From Methylococcales bacterium (GTDB lineage: Bacteria; Pseudomonadota; Gammaproteobacteria; JABHGC01): a stretch of DNA of 64,000 nt. The stretch lies in the NCBI GenBank assembly GCA_018672285.1, contig JABHGC010000183.1, positions 133 to 64,132 on the forward strand, given 5' to 3'. How positions within the stretch are numbered: position 1 is the first letter of the stretch; every line of letters begins with the position of its first letter. The notes under the pieces are model-generated. The model was not told where the DNA came from and made no database searches. It saw only the letters and a program-made list of their open reading frames with translations. Made by a program: the position numbers and the translations under genes. Of this stretch, positions 52,235-61,791 are shown one piece after another.

Positions 52235-53670
52235 ATGCCTATCAACAAGGCCAAGGGTTTCAGCAGCTTGGCCTAATAGACGAGGCATTTCAGCAGTATT
52301 ACCAAAGTATCCAAGATGGCAAACACGTTGCAGAAAGCTATTTAGGATTAGCCCAATGCTGTACCCAATTAAAGCAAACGGATACAGCAATACAATGTTA
52401 CCTAACCTACCTTGATAGCCAACCAGGTGATTGGCAAGCCCGGCACGAACTCGCACTGTGTTATGAGGCGCTTAATCAAGCTGAGCTTGCATTAGCCCAA
52501 CTTGAACTTGTGTGCAAACAACACCAAGATTCAGCCACAATATGGAATAATTTAGGCAACCAATACGTTCATGCAGGCCAAATCCAACAAGCCAAAGCAT
52601 GCTTTCACAAAGCAATCGCACTACAACCTGGGCTCGCTGCGAGTTACCAAAATTTATGCAATTGCAGCACTATTTTGCCAGACGACCCACTCATTCAAGA
52701 CATTCAACATCAACTAGAGCAACCCAATTGTAGTGATGAAAATAAGCTCTACTTTGAATTTACACTCGGCAGTATCTACCTTAAACAAAAGCAACATAAG
52801 CTTGCCTTTCAGCACTTTTTAGCAGGCAACAATCTACAACAAGACAACCTGCAAAAATCATTTAACTGGCAACAACATCAGTTTAATTTAGATCACCTAT
52901 TAGGGTGCATGCCTAACGCTGAAAAAATACCCTGTGAAGCACCCTCCTCCTCGCCACAGCCTATTTTTATCGTTGGCATGCCACGCTCGGGCACCACTTT
53001 AGCAGAGCAAATACTTGCTAGGCACCCTAAAATCACAGGCGCAGGAGAGCTGAGTTGGATCAGGGATATTGCTTTAGACATTATGCGGGTACATCAAACA
53101 CCGCAACAAGCATTACAAAACCTGACTAAAGCTGAAATCAACCATTTTGCTGAGCAATATCGACAAGGGCTCACACAAATAGATGATCAAGCCATCTATA
53201 TTGTTGATAAAATGCCTCATAATTTTGAACAGCTGTGGCTCATCAACTTACTGTTTAACAAGCCTAAAATTATTCATTGCACGCGTAATGCAATCGATAA
53301 CTGCTTATCTTGTTTCTTCACTTTATTCACAGAAAGCCATTTTTACAGCAATGACTTACCCACACTAGGGCGTTACCACAAAAGCTATCAACAACTCATG
53401 ACCCATTGGCAGCAAACGCTACCCTGTGACATTCACACCTTGCCATATGAAGACATCGTCGCCCAACCCGAGCAAACAATCAGAGCATTGCTACAGTACT
53501 GCGAACTAGATTGGGACGAAAAATGCCTGTCTTTCCACAAAAACCGACAACCCGTACAAACGGCCAGTAAAATACAAGTAAGACAACCTCTATATTCTTC
53601 ATCTGTTAATCGATGGCAACCATTTGAACAGCAACTGCAACCATTAATATCGGCTTTGAAGGATGGATAG
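52231..53670 (+). CDS. TPR-repeat sulfotransferase family protein
   Basis: N-terminal TPRs; IVGMPRSGTTL PAPS-binding loop, VDKMPHN, VQTASKIQVRQP; ATG overlaps rsmA stop. Confidence 0.88.
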   Translation: MNAYQQGQGFQQLGLIDEAFQQYYQSIQDGKHVAESYLGLAQCCTQLKQTDTAIQCYLTYLDSQPGDWQARHELALCYEALNQAELALAQLELVCKQHQDSATIWNNLGNQYVHAGQIQQAKACFHKAIALQPGLAASYQNLCNCSTILPDDPLIQDIQHQLEQPNCSDENKLYFEFTLGSIYLKQKQHKLAFQHFLAGNNLQQDNLQKSFNWQQHQFNLDHLLGCMPNAEKIPCEAPSSSPQPIFIVGMPRSGTTLAEQILARHPKITGAGELSWIRDIALDIMRVHQTPQQALQNLTKAEINHFAEQYRQGLTQIDDQAIYIVDKMPHNFEQLWLINLLFNKPKIIHCTRNAIDNCLSCFFTLFTESHFYSNDLPTLGRYHKSYQQLMTHWQQTLPCDIHTLPYEDIVAQPEQTIRALLQYCELDWDEKCLSFHKNRQPVQTASKIQVRQPLYSSSVNRWQPFEQQLQPLISALKDG

Positions 53671-53675
53671 ACGCT

Positions 53676-54281
53676 CTATTTACCAAATTTATTTTGATAA
53701 TCCCGCTGCGATGCTAAAATGACTTTTTTTGCCATTTCATGGTCATATACACCTGTAATTTTGGCTGTAGACTCATGCCCTGGAATCATTTTATAGGTCT
53801 CAAAATAATGTGTTAACCGCTCAACAAAAATGCCAGGCAGCTCTGCAATATCGTTTATTTCAGACCACAAGTTATCATTCTCAAGCACAGCAATGATCTT
53901 ATCATCCGCTTCACCGCCATCAATCATGTGCAGACCACCCACCACTTTTGCATTTAAAATCACCTCACTATGGTTAATCGGGCGCTCACTAATCACACAA
54001 ATATCCAACGGATCTAAATCACCTTGGTCCGCATGCTCAGACATCAACGCGACCTCTTCACCACAGTAAGTTTGAGGAATAAAGCCGTATAATGTTGGCG
54101 GTTGAGATGTTGCACGATGTGGCCTGTCGACCCGAAGGTAACCCGTTTCTTTATCAATTTCATACTTCACAACATCAAACGGGGTGATTTCAATATACGC
54201 ATTCACCACATTAGGTGAATTCTCACCAGCATCTAACCCATGCCATGGGTGAGGTCGCCAAGTTGAAAACGACTCAGACAT
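53676..54281 (-). CDS. ppa: Family I inorganic pyrophosphatase
   Basis: [33 protein letters not shown]. Confidence 0.93.
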   Translation of the reverse strand: MSESFSTWRPHPWHGLDAGENSPNVVNAYIEITPFDVVKYEIDKETGYLRVDRPHRATSQPPTLYGFIPQTYCGEEVALMSEHADQGDLDPLDICVISERPINHSEVILNAKVVGGLHMIDGGEADDKIIAVLENDNLWSEINDIAELPGIFVERLTHYFETYKMIPGHESTAKITGVYDHEMAKKVILASQRDYQNKFGK

Positions 54282-54452
54282 ACCAATCTCCTTATTAAAT
54301 TAATCATAATATATTGCAGCAAGTATATGACAATACGAAATATTTAAGCAACTGCCAATACGGTACAATAAACTGATTCAGCAAATATTAATTCAAAATT
54401 AACATTCACTTAAGACATAGTATTTTGACTAAAATTTCGTCACAATGCATCA

Positions 54453-55988
54453 ATGAACTCACCCGCCGAACATCGTCTCCGCTCAAACGCACTCATTATG
54501 CACTCAGTATTGGCTGAGCAATATGAAGTCATTGACGTATTAGGGGAAGGTAGCTTTGGTATCACTTATTTAGCTTATGATGTTCGCATAGAAAATCTTG
54601 TTGCCATTAAAGAATACCTCCCACTTGAGCTTGCAACAAGACATCAAGACCGCATACAGCCTTTATCGCAAGAACATTCAGAATTATTTCATAAATTTAA
54701 ATCCCGCTTTTGCGATGAAGCCAAAGCATTGGCTAAGTTTAAACACCATGCTTTAGTCAGGGTACTCAATTACTTTGAAGCCAACGATACCGGCTACCTC
54801 GTCATGGAATATGAACAAGGGCAAAGTTTAAAGCAGTATCTACAACAGCATGGAAAACTCGGTGAAGCCAAAACTTGTCAGCTCATCTTACCATTGCTCG
54901 ATGGCCTCGAAACAATGCACCAAGCAGAGCTCATTCATCGAGACATCAAACCCAGTAATATCTACATCCGCGACAATGGCAACCCCGTATTGTTGGATTT
55001 CGGTTCAGCCAGACCATTTCTAAAAGAACACTCAGGCAGCCTAACAGCACTGTATACGCCCGGTTATGCCCCATTAGAACAATACAATACGGACTCAACC
55101 GGGCAAGGGCCTTGGTCTGACATCTATGCCATGGCTGCTGTCATGTATAAAATGATTACTGGTGACCGCCCAGCAGAAGCGCACCAACGCGCACAAGCCA
55201 TACTGTCTGGCAAAAATGACATCATGCCTAGCGCACAAAGCTTTTCTTGTGATAAGTATTCCCGCCACTTTCTGCAAGCGATAGATCACGGACTGGGTGT
55301 CGTGCCTGCACTACGACCTCAATTGGTTCAACCCTGGAAACAAGCCATTATTCAATCTGAACTTGCTGAAGTGACCAACCTGCGGAAAAATATTGCGTTA
55401 CTCCAACAAGAAAACAAACAACTGCAAAGAGAGAACACCACAACCTTTACCCAAGCCACTAAACCTCGCCCTATCGCTAGTGACTATGATTTAGCTGTTT
55501 CACATGCGCTAACAGCCATTGCCCCGCCAACATATTCCAACAAAAAAGCCTACTCAGCCATTATTGGAATTACACTCACAGCCATTGGGATATGGGCAGC
55601 AGCCCTTGAATACCACCACCAGACAATAGTCTTTAAACCGTCACTCATTGAAGCCAAACAACAGTGGCAAGACCCAAGTACCGGCATGACCTTTATGTGG
55701 GTACAAAAAGGCTGCTACCAATCGACCCACAACCCAGATAAAAGCACTGCACCTACTTGCATTGACGGCTACTGGATTAGCAAACAACCTATTAATAAAA
55801 GCCAATGGCAACGACTGATGGATAAAACATTGGTTTCTGAATTAAATATTAGCCAAGCCGAAGCCTTCATTGAAAAACTCAATCGCCTATCTGGTAAGCG
55901 CTTTCGCCTACCTTCAAAACAAGAACAAGAATGGGCCGTTACCCAACAGCTACTCACCACACCAAACCAATTTAACATTGTACTATGA
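54453..55988 (+). CDS. Hanks-type Ser/Thr protein kinase with TM helix and truncated FGE/SUMF1-like C-terminus
   Basis: LGEGSFG, VAIKEY, HRDIKPSN, DFG, GYAPLEQ; C-terminal FRLPSKQEQEWA. Confidence 0.9.
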   Translation: MNSPAEHRLRSNALIMHSVLAEQYEVIDVLGEGSFGITYLAYDVRIENLVAIKEYLPLELATRHQDRIQPLSQEHSELFHKFKSRFCDEAKALAKFKHHALVRVLNYFEANDTGYLVMEYEQGQSLKQYLQQHGKLGEAKTCQLILPLLDGLETMHQAELIHRDIKPSNIYIRDNGNPVLLDFGSARPFLKEHSGSLTALYTPGYAPLEQYNTDSTGQGPWSDIYAMAAVMYKMITGDRPAEAHQRAQAILSGKNDIMPSAQSFSCDKYSRHFLQAIDHGLGVVPALRPQLVQPWKQAIIQSELAEVTNLRKNIALLQQENKQLQRENTTTFTQATKPRPIASDYDLAVSHALTAIAPPTYSNKKAYSAIIGITLTAIGIWAAALEYHHQTIVFKPSLIEAKQQWQDPSTGMTFMWVQKGCYQSTHNPDKSTAPTCIDGYWISKQPINKSQWQRLMDKTLVSELNISQAEAFIEKLNRLSGKRFRLPSKQEQEWAVTQQLLTTPNQFNIVL

Positions 55989-56088
55989 GGCTTACGACCG
56001 TAACCGAGCTTGGTACTTTGTCCATCGATGTTCTATAGTATAAAGCGCTTGAGCACGATTCGCGCCCAATCAAACTAAGGGAGATATA

Positions 56089-57111
56089 ATGCTAAAACGT
56101 TATTTAAGGGGGCTGGCAGGATTTTGGATCGGACTGATTGTTCTATCCATATTAGTGTCATCCTGCTCCTCTTCAAAAGAAGATCGAATGAAGGAAGCTG
56201 TAGAGCAAGAGCTCAAAGCAGCTGATATTTCAGTAGGGTACTTAGGCAAAGCAATTGCCGACGGCAATTTACATAATGCCAATAAGCTCAAAACGTATGC
56301 CAAACAACTGAAAATCCAAAAACCAGATTTGGCACCTCTTATTGATGAAATTGCCAAAGATGCAACTAAAGAGGGGCCTTTATATAAAAGCCTGGTCTCA
56401 CGTTTAGACTACGTGAAATCAAAACCGGAGGCCTTCCCTGCCGTTGCCGAACGATTGGACGAAGTTAAAACCGTACGCCAAGCCGCATCAACCAGCTTAT
56501 TTAATGATGCTTTATCCGATTCGGTCAACGTATTAGCCGATATGTCGGATGGCAAATTGCCTCGGGTAAAAGCCATGAGCAAACAGGCTGAACAAAAAAG
56601 CAATCGTTCTAAAGATTATGGAGCGGGCAGTCAATATATTGGCAACCCCAGTTATGGTCATTGGCAGCAAAACTCCAGCGGTACTAGCTTTTGGGCATGG
56701 TATGGCATGTACTCCATGTTTAATAATTTATCTCGCCCCGTCTATTACGGAAATTGGTCATCAAACCGGGGTTACAGTTACTACAACGATTATGGCCGGA
56801 GCCGCTACACCAGCCCTACGCAAAGAACCTCTCAGCAAGCAACGTATAACCGAACTAAAAAATCGTTTGCGAGTAAAGGCAAAAGCTTCTCTAGCCCGTA
56901 CTCAAAAACAAAAACGGGTTCCAGCTCACTTAGCCTAGCGAGTAAAACGCCAAGCAAATCTTCGTCGTATAGCTCTGGTCGATCTTCCTACAGTTCAGGA
57001 AAATCTTCTTCAAGTTATGCCAGCTCTAGCAGCCGTTCAAACTCCAGCTATAGCTCATCCTCTCGAAGTGGCTATTCTCGTTCATCGCGTAGTTACAGCG
57101 GCGGCAAATAA
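56089..57111 (+). CDS. Lipoprotein with aromatic-rich core and Ser/Arg/Tyr-rich tail
   Basis: Lipobox VSSC; SFWAWYGMY segment; low-complexity tail ending SYSGGK; GGGAG RBS. Confidence 0.8.
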   Translation: MLKRYLRGLAGFWIGLIVLSILVSSCSSSKEDRMKEAVEQELKAADISVGYLGKAIADGNLHNANKLKTYAKQLKIQKPDLAPLIDEIAKDATKEGPLYKSLVSRLDYVKSKPEAFPAVAERLDEVKTVRQAASTSLFNDALSDSVNVLADMSDGKLPRVKAMSKQAEQKSNRSKDYGAGSQYIGNPSYGHWQQNSSGTSFWAWYGMYSMFNNLSRPVYYGNWSSNRGYSYYNDYGRSRYTSPTQRTSQQATYNRTKKSFASKGKSFSSPYSKTKTGSSSLSLASKTPSKSSSYSSGRSSYSSGKSSSSYASSSSRSNSSYSSSSRSGYSRSSRSYSGGK

Positions 57112-57151
57112 CTTTATTTTTACGATAAAAAGACATTAAGGAACGTTAACC

Positions 57152-58060
57152 ATGTTCGAATTTGATTTTAACAGTTTAGATATTTGGAAATTCCAAGCGT
57201 CGGCCATTAGTTTCCTCATCATACTTCTACTTTTCATTAGCTTGCGCCTATTAAAAGGGTTTATTGCGAATGTCAGTACCAGTGACGAAATTGCAGAAAA
57301 AGACAACGCCGCATTTGGTGTATCATTTGCAGGTGGCATCACGGCTCTTGCCATTATGTTAACCGGTGCCAGCTCTGGTGAATATGCAGATTCAATGCTG
57401 CAAGATGCCATTAGCATGTTGGTATTTGGCGCCATCGGTTTGGTCATGATTACCATTGGCCGCTTCATCCAAGATAAAGTCGTGATGCGTAATGTGGCTA
57501 TATTAGAAGAAATTAAAAAAGGTAACCTAGCCGCAGCCTTTGTTGATATTGGCAATGTGATTGCTGTTGGTATCGTCATTCGCGCCTCAATGATCTGGGT
57601 TGAAACTGAAGGTTGGATTGCAATTCCCATTATCTTTGCCGCTTTTATCGTATCCCAAGTCGTTTTAGTGGGTGGTGCGATCTACCGCATTAACTTATTT
57701 AAGTCCCGCAACAACGGATCAGACTGTAACTGCATGCAACAAGCGCTTGAAGATGGCAACCACGCACTGGGCATTCGTTATGCCGGTTACATGATTGGCC
57801 TCTCTCTAGCCATCACAGCAGCTTCTGGCATGGTGGCTTATTCTGCTGAAAACATCATTGGCTGTGTCATTAGCTGGGCGATTGCCGCTTTAGTCTTTAG
57901 CATTGCTTTTATGGTTTTTGTCGCTGTTGCAAGAATGGCCATTTTACCCGGTATCAAGGTATCGGATGAAGTCGACAAGCAAAAAAATGCCAGTGTTGGC
58001 GTCATAGAAGCGGCTATCGCAGTTGCTATTGGCCTCACCTTTGTTTCTTTGTTTGGCTAA
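57152..58060 (+). CDS. DUF350 (YjfL-like) membrane protein, tandem domain
   Basis: Repeated motifs EIAEKDNAAFG, EIKKGNLAAA, EDGNHALG, DKQKNASVG each preceding TM helices. Confidence 0.8.
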   Translation: MFEFDFNSLDIWKFQASAISFLIILLLFISLRLLKGFIANVSTSDEIAEKDNAAFGVSFAGGITALAIMLTGASSGEYADSMLQDAISMLVFGAIGLVMITIGRFIQDKVVMRNVAILEEIKKGNLAAAFVDIGNVIAVGIVIRASMIWVETEGWIAIPIIFAAFIVSQVVLVGGAIYRINLFKSRNNGSDCNCMQQALEDGNHALGIRYAGYMIGLSLAITAASGMVAYSAENIIGCVISWAIAALVFSIAFMVFVAVARMAILPGIKVSDEVDKQKNASVGVIEAAIAVAIGLTFVSLFG

Positions 58061-58072
58061 AGCAATACAAGC

Positions 58073-58100
58073 TAACCCCCTGAGGCAACAAAGGGGGTTA
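58073..58100 (+). other. Intergenic stem-loop without U-tract
   Basis: TAACCCCC-N12-GGGGGTTA. Confidence 0.6.
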
Positions 58101-58149
58101 TCTCTATTCCAACAAGCACGCTGTTATACCTCTGAAGAACCAAAAATTC

Positions 58150-59871
58150 ATGCCCACACCTAGCACTCCAAGCTCGGCACAGAAAAAACAACTCCGCCTG
58201 CACGACATTACCCTCATTGGTATTATGGGCGTGTTAGCTATGTGTGGCCTCATATATGAGTACCTACTCTCACATTATGCAGCCAGAGTATTAGGTGCCG
58301 TTGAATCCACCATATTTGCCATGATCGGCATCATGATTGTTGCTATGGGCATTGGCGCCTATAGTGCTCGCTGGTTTAAAGCCCCCTTCACCGCATTTGC
58401 ATGGCTTGAAGCCATTATCGCGTTTATTGGCATGACCATGATTCTGGTGATCGCAGGGCTCATTGCACTCAGTGAAGGTTTGCCCTATATCCTCAGCCAA
58501 GTATTTAACTTACCCCCTGACTTCATTCTCGATGGCGACATCCTGCAAACCTTACAAACACTCGCTGCCACCACACCCTACATTGCAGGCTTTCTACTCG
58601 GTGCCTTTATCGGCATGGAAATTCCGCTCATCGCCAGAGCCAGACAATCGTTATATGAGACCCATTTAGAAAATAACATTGGAACCATTTACGGCGCAGA
58701 TTATATTGGCGCCGGTATAGGCGCGGCAATCTGGGTACTGTTTTTACTCTCCATGGAAATCACCACTGCGGCACTCATCACAGCTTCAGTGAACATCATC
58801 GCTGGCTGGATCTTCATTCTGCGCTACCATGAGCGCATCAGATACCGTACAGCACTCATTATCGTACATATTGTATTGATGATTATTGCTTTGATTTTAG
58901 CAAAATCCAGTAGTGGCTGGATGACTAAGCTGACTAACATTCTCTATCAAGACCAAGTTGTTTACAGTACCCAAACCCATTACCAACACATTTCAGTCAC
59001 AGAACGGCAGCGCGCCAATGGCCAACCCAGTGTGGTTGACCTTTATTTAAATGGACGTTTACAATTTTCAAGCTTGGATGAGCACATTTACCACAACATG
59101 CTGGTCTACCCTGCCATGGCAGCCTCTCGCAGACATGACAACATTCTCATCATAGGTGGTGGTGATGGCATGGCACTACGCGATGTACTACGCTGGAAAC
59201 CACAGCATGTCACTCTAATAGACCTAGACCCAGAAATGATCAAACTGTTCTCAGGCCAGGGTGATGACCCATTGTCCAAACGCTTTGCCCAGCTCAACGA
59301 ACATGCTTACCAAGATCCTAGAGTCAAAACCATCACTGGTGATGCTTTTATAGAAATTGAAACACTATTGGCCGAAAATCAACGGTTTGATAGTATCATT
59401 GTTGACTTGCCAGACCCCAACCACCCAGATTTGAACAAATTATACAGCGTGCACTTCTATGAACGTCTAAAGTTACTGCTACAAGGTGATGGCGCCATGA
59501 GCATTCAATCCACCTCCCCTTACCATGCAAAACATGCCTTTCAGTCCGTAGGGAAAACGACATCCGCTGCAGGGTTCGCTCATGTAGAGCAATACCGACA
59601 AAATATCCCCTCTTTCGGTGAATGGGGATGGACATTGGCCACCAAAAAAGGGAAAAGCGGCAAAGTAAGACTTTCTGAATTAACTGAATTACCCGTAGAA
59701 AACCCTTGGGTTAGTAAAGCATTATTATTAGCAGCTTTTGAATTCCCTGCTAATTTTTACAGTAATATCAAAAAGATAAAGATAAACCAATTAGGTTCAG
59801 GCCAATTATATCAATACCATCATAGGGCTTGGGCAACTGATCAAGGTGTATTTAACACCAAAGAAGATTGA
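58150..59871 (+). CDS. speE: Membrane-fused polyamine aminopropyltransferase (spermidine synthase-like)
   Basis: Multi-TM N-terminal half; QTHYQ, LIIGGGDG, IDLDPEM, GDAF, IVDLPDP. Confidence 0.85.
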   Translation: MPTPSTPSSAQKKQLRLHDITLIGIMGVLAMCGLIYEYLLSHYAARVLGAVESTIFAMIGIMIVAMGIGAYSARWFKAPFTAFAWLEAIIAFIGMTMILVIAGLIALSEGLPYILSQVFNLPPDFILDGDILQTLQTLAATTPYIAGFLLGAFIGMEIPLIARARQSLYETHLENNIGTIYGADYIGAGIGAAIWVLFLLSMEITTAALITASVNIIAGWIFILRYHERIRYRTALIIVHIVLMIIALILAKSSSGWMTKLTNILYQDQVVYSTQTHYQHISVTERQRANGQPSVVDLYLNGRLQFSSLDEHIYHNMLVYPAMAASRRHDNILIIGGGDGMALRDVLRWKPQHVTLIDLDPEMIKLFSGQGDDPLSKRFAQLNEHAYQDPRVKTITGDAFIEIETLLAENQRFDSIIVDLPDPNHPDLNKLYSVHFYERLKLLLQGDGAMSIQSTSPYHAKHAFQSVGKTTSAAGFAHVEQYRQNIPSFGEWGWTLATKKGKSGKVRLSELTELPVENPWVSKALLLAAFEFPANFYSNIKKIKINQLGSGQLYQYHHRAWATDQGVFNTKED

Positions 59872-59896
59872 CATATTATGTCAGTCGCACTATTCT
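59868..59896 (+). promoter_or_regulatory. sigma70 promoter upstream of yjfI-pspA
   Basis: TTGACA(59868)-N17-TATTCT(59891). Confidence 0.75.
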
Positions 59897-59918
59897 AAAC
59901 CCATGACACGTTATGTCA
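59869..59918. repeat. Two palindromic operator-like sites TGACA-N5-TGTCA
   Basis: TGACAtattaTGTCA (59869-59883) and TGACAcgttaTGTCA (59904-59918), 13 of 15 identical. Confidence 0.8.
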
Positions 59919-59945
59919 TACATCTAACATAAAAGGTGACACTTA

Positions 59946-60344
59946 ATGGACTTACAAGCACTTTCAATCAAACTTGCTAATCACGACCAAGAAGGCATGA
60001 CCTTTGAATCCATCTTCATTACAGATGATGTATTACAAGTGGTTGTTGATCAAAACGAAGAACTACCGATTTACGTGACGGCAACAGAAGAGCAAATGCT
60101 CTGCATTACCTACCTTTTTGATGAAAAAGAGCTAAAAGACAACGTTACAGCAGAACTAAATGCATCATTACTGAAACTTAACGTACCGGTGCCTTTAAGC
60201 GCATTTGCCATCATTGAAGGCAAATATGCAATCTACGGATCATTGTCAGTAAGTTCAGCTTTCGATGACATTGCACACGAATTAGTCACCCTTGGCGACA
60301 ACGCAATCGAAGCATTAGAGACACTAGAAGACTATTTGGCGTAA
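59946..60344 (+). CDS. YjfI family (DUF2170) protein
   Basis: ELPIYVTATEEQMLCITYL, VPLSAF, YAIYGSLS; immediately upstream of pspA. Confidence 0.78.
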   Translation: MDLQALSIKLANHDQEGMTFESIFITDDVLQVVVDQNEELPIYVTATEEQMLCITYLFDEKELKDNVTAELNASLLKLNVPVPLSAFAIIEGKYAIYGSLSVSSAFDDIAHELVTLGDNAIEALETLEDYLA

Positions 60345-60372
60345 GCACTTAAACTACATAGAGGTTACAAAC

Positions 60373-61068
60373 ATGGGTATTTTATCAAAAATTTTTACCG
60401 CAATCCGTGGTGGTGCAAGAGAAGTTGGCGAAACAATCGTTGACGCAAACGCCCTACGTATTTTCGAGCAAGAAATTGCGGATGCAAAAAATGCATTAAA
60501 CAAAGCCAAAGGCAGCCTAACCGAAGTGATGGCTAAAGAAATGCAAACTAAACGCAAAATTACAGCGGTTGAAAACAACATCGCTGAACACGAAGGTTTT
60601 GCAGGTGAAGCTTTAAACAAAGGCGACGAAGCATTAGCACTTGAAATTGCTGAAAAAATTGGCGAATTTGAAGTAGAACTTGCAGAGCAGCAAGCGATTT
60701 TAAGCACCTTTGTTGGTAGCGTTAAAGCGCTTAAGCAACAAGTGAAGCAAGCTGAGAAATCAATCAAAGAAAACCAGAGACAATTAGTGATGGTTAAAAC
60801 GACTGATAGCGTACAGAAAGCAACAATGGCTGTTAACGACAACTTAGTGAATAACAACTCAACCATGAGTTCTGCTAAAGAGTCTTTAGATCGCATTAAA
60901 AAGCGCCAACAAGATCGCCAAGATCAAATGGCAGCTTCGCAAGAGCTGTATGATCAAGATACCGGTGCTGATTTAAAAGCGAAAATGGCAGACGCTGGCA
61001 TTGGCGGCTCTCCAAAAGCGAAAAGCGACGACATCTTAGCTCGAATTAGAGCCAAGCAGTCTAGCTAA
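60373..61068 (+). CDS. PspA/IM30/Vipp1 family protein (YjfJ-like)
   Basis: MGILSKIFTAIRG amphipathic helix, long coiled coil, DDILARIRAK end. Confidence 0.92.
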   Translation: MGILSKIFTAIRGGAREVGETIVDANALRIFEQEIADAKNALNKAKGSLTEVMAKEMQTKRKITAVENNIAEHEGFAGEALNKGDEALALEIAEKIGEFEVELAEQQAILSTFVGSVKALKQQVKQAEKSIKENQRQLVMVKTTDSVQKATMAVNDNLVNNNSTMSSAKESLDRIKKRQQDRQDQMAASQELYDQDTGADLKAKMADAGIGGSPKAKSDDILARIRAKQSS

Positions 61069-61085
61069 ACACCCCCTTCCCTTTT

Positions 61086-61112
61086 AGGCGCACAGTGATG
61101 TGCGCCTTTTTT
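61086..61112 (+). terminator. Intrinsic terminator after the PspA-family gene
   Basis: AGGCGCAC-agtgat-GTGCGCCT followed by a T run. Confidence 0.85.
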
Positions 61113-61146
61113 GGTTTGTCAGAAACCGTTTTAAGGACACATAATT

Positions 61147-61791
61147 ATGGGCTGGTTTTCGAAAGAGAAAGAAACGACCCGCAGCATCGAACACCCTCGC
61201 AGCTTACAAAAGGGCGACATGATTCAAATGCTAGACTCATTCTCCCTACCACCTGAACTCAAAGGAGAAGCCTTAACCGTAGTTGCCGTCAATAGTTACC
61301 AATATGACGATGGTGACAGTTATGAGCTCACCTTAAAAGGCAGTATGAGCGACCCCGTATTTCTCACCGTTGAAGAAGAAGATGGTACAACCTGGCTTAA
61401 CTTTAGCCTGAAAATTCAACGCTCAGATGTCGACAAACTGTTTACGCTTGATCAATTTGCCATGATTTTTGATAGCGACGACTTAGTCACGATAGAACGT
61501 ACAGGTGACATTGATGGCTTAGAAAGATGGGTTTCTACGCGTTATACCCAAACAGAACAACCATATGTCGGCTATTATTATGAGAACCAAGATTTTCGTG
61601 GGCAAAAAATCTCACGTTATGACGAAGACGATAATGGTGAACAATTTGAAACGTTAGCACTAGCAGACCCAGATGAAGATTATTACATCAATATTGAAAT
61701 TTGGGATGGTGGCGAAACCGATGTGAGCTTAACCACATGTAGGCCATTAAGTGACATCACTGAAATGTACCCAGGAAAAGATGATTCGTGA
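61147..61791 (+). CDS. YjfK/DUF2491/DUF4178-like acidic beta-rich protein
   Basis: MGWFSK start, acidic and beta-strand rich, follows pspA as yjfK follows yjfJ. Confidence 0.6.
   Translation: MGWFSKEKETTRSIEHPRSLQKGDMIQMLDSFSLPPELKGEALTVVAVNSYQYDDGDSYELTLKGSMSDPVFLTVEEEDGTTWLNFSLKIQRSDVDKLFTLDQFAMIFDSDDLVTIERTGDIDGLERWVSTRYTQTEQPYVGYYYENQDFRGQKISRYDEDDNGEQFETLALADPDEDYYINIEIWDGGETDVSLTTCRPLSDITEMYPGKDDS

Noticed and set aside
56940-57110. Tandem repeat or CRISPR-like array
   Set aside because: Low complexity comes from Ser codons in a coding tail; no fixed repeat-spacer period.
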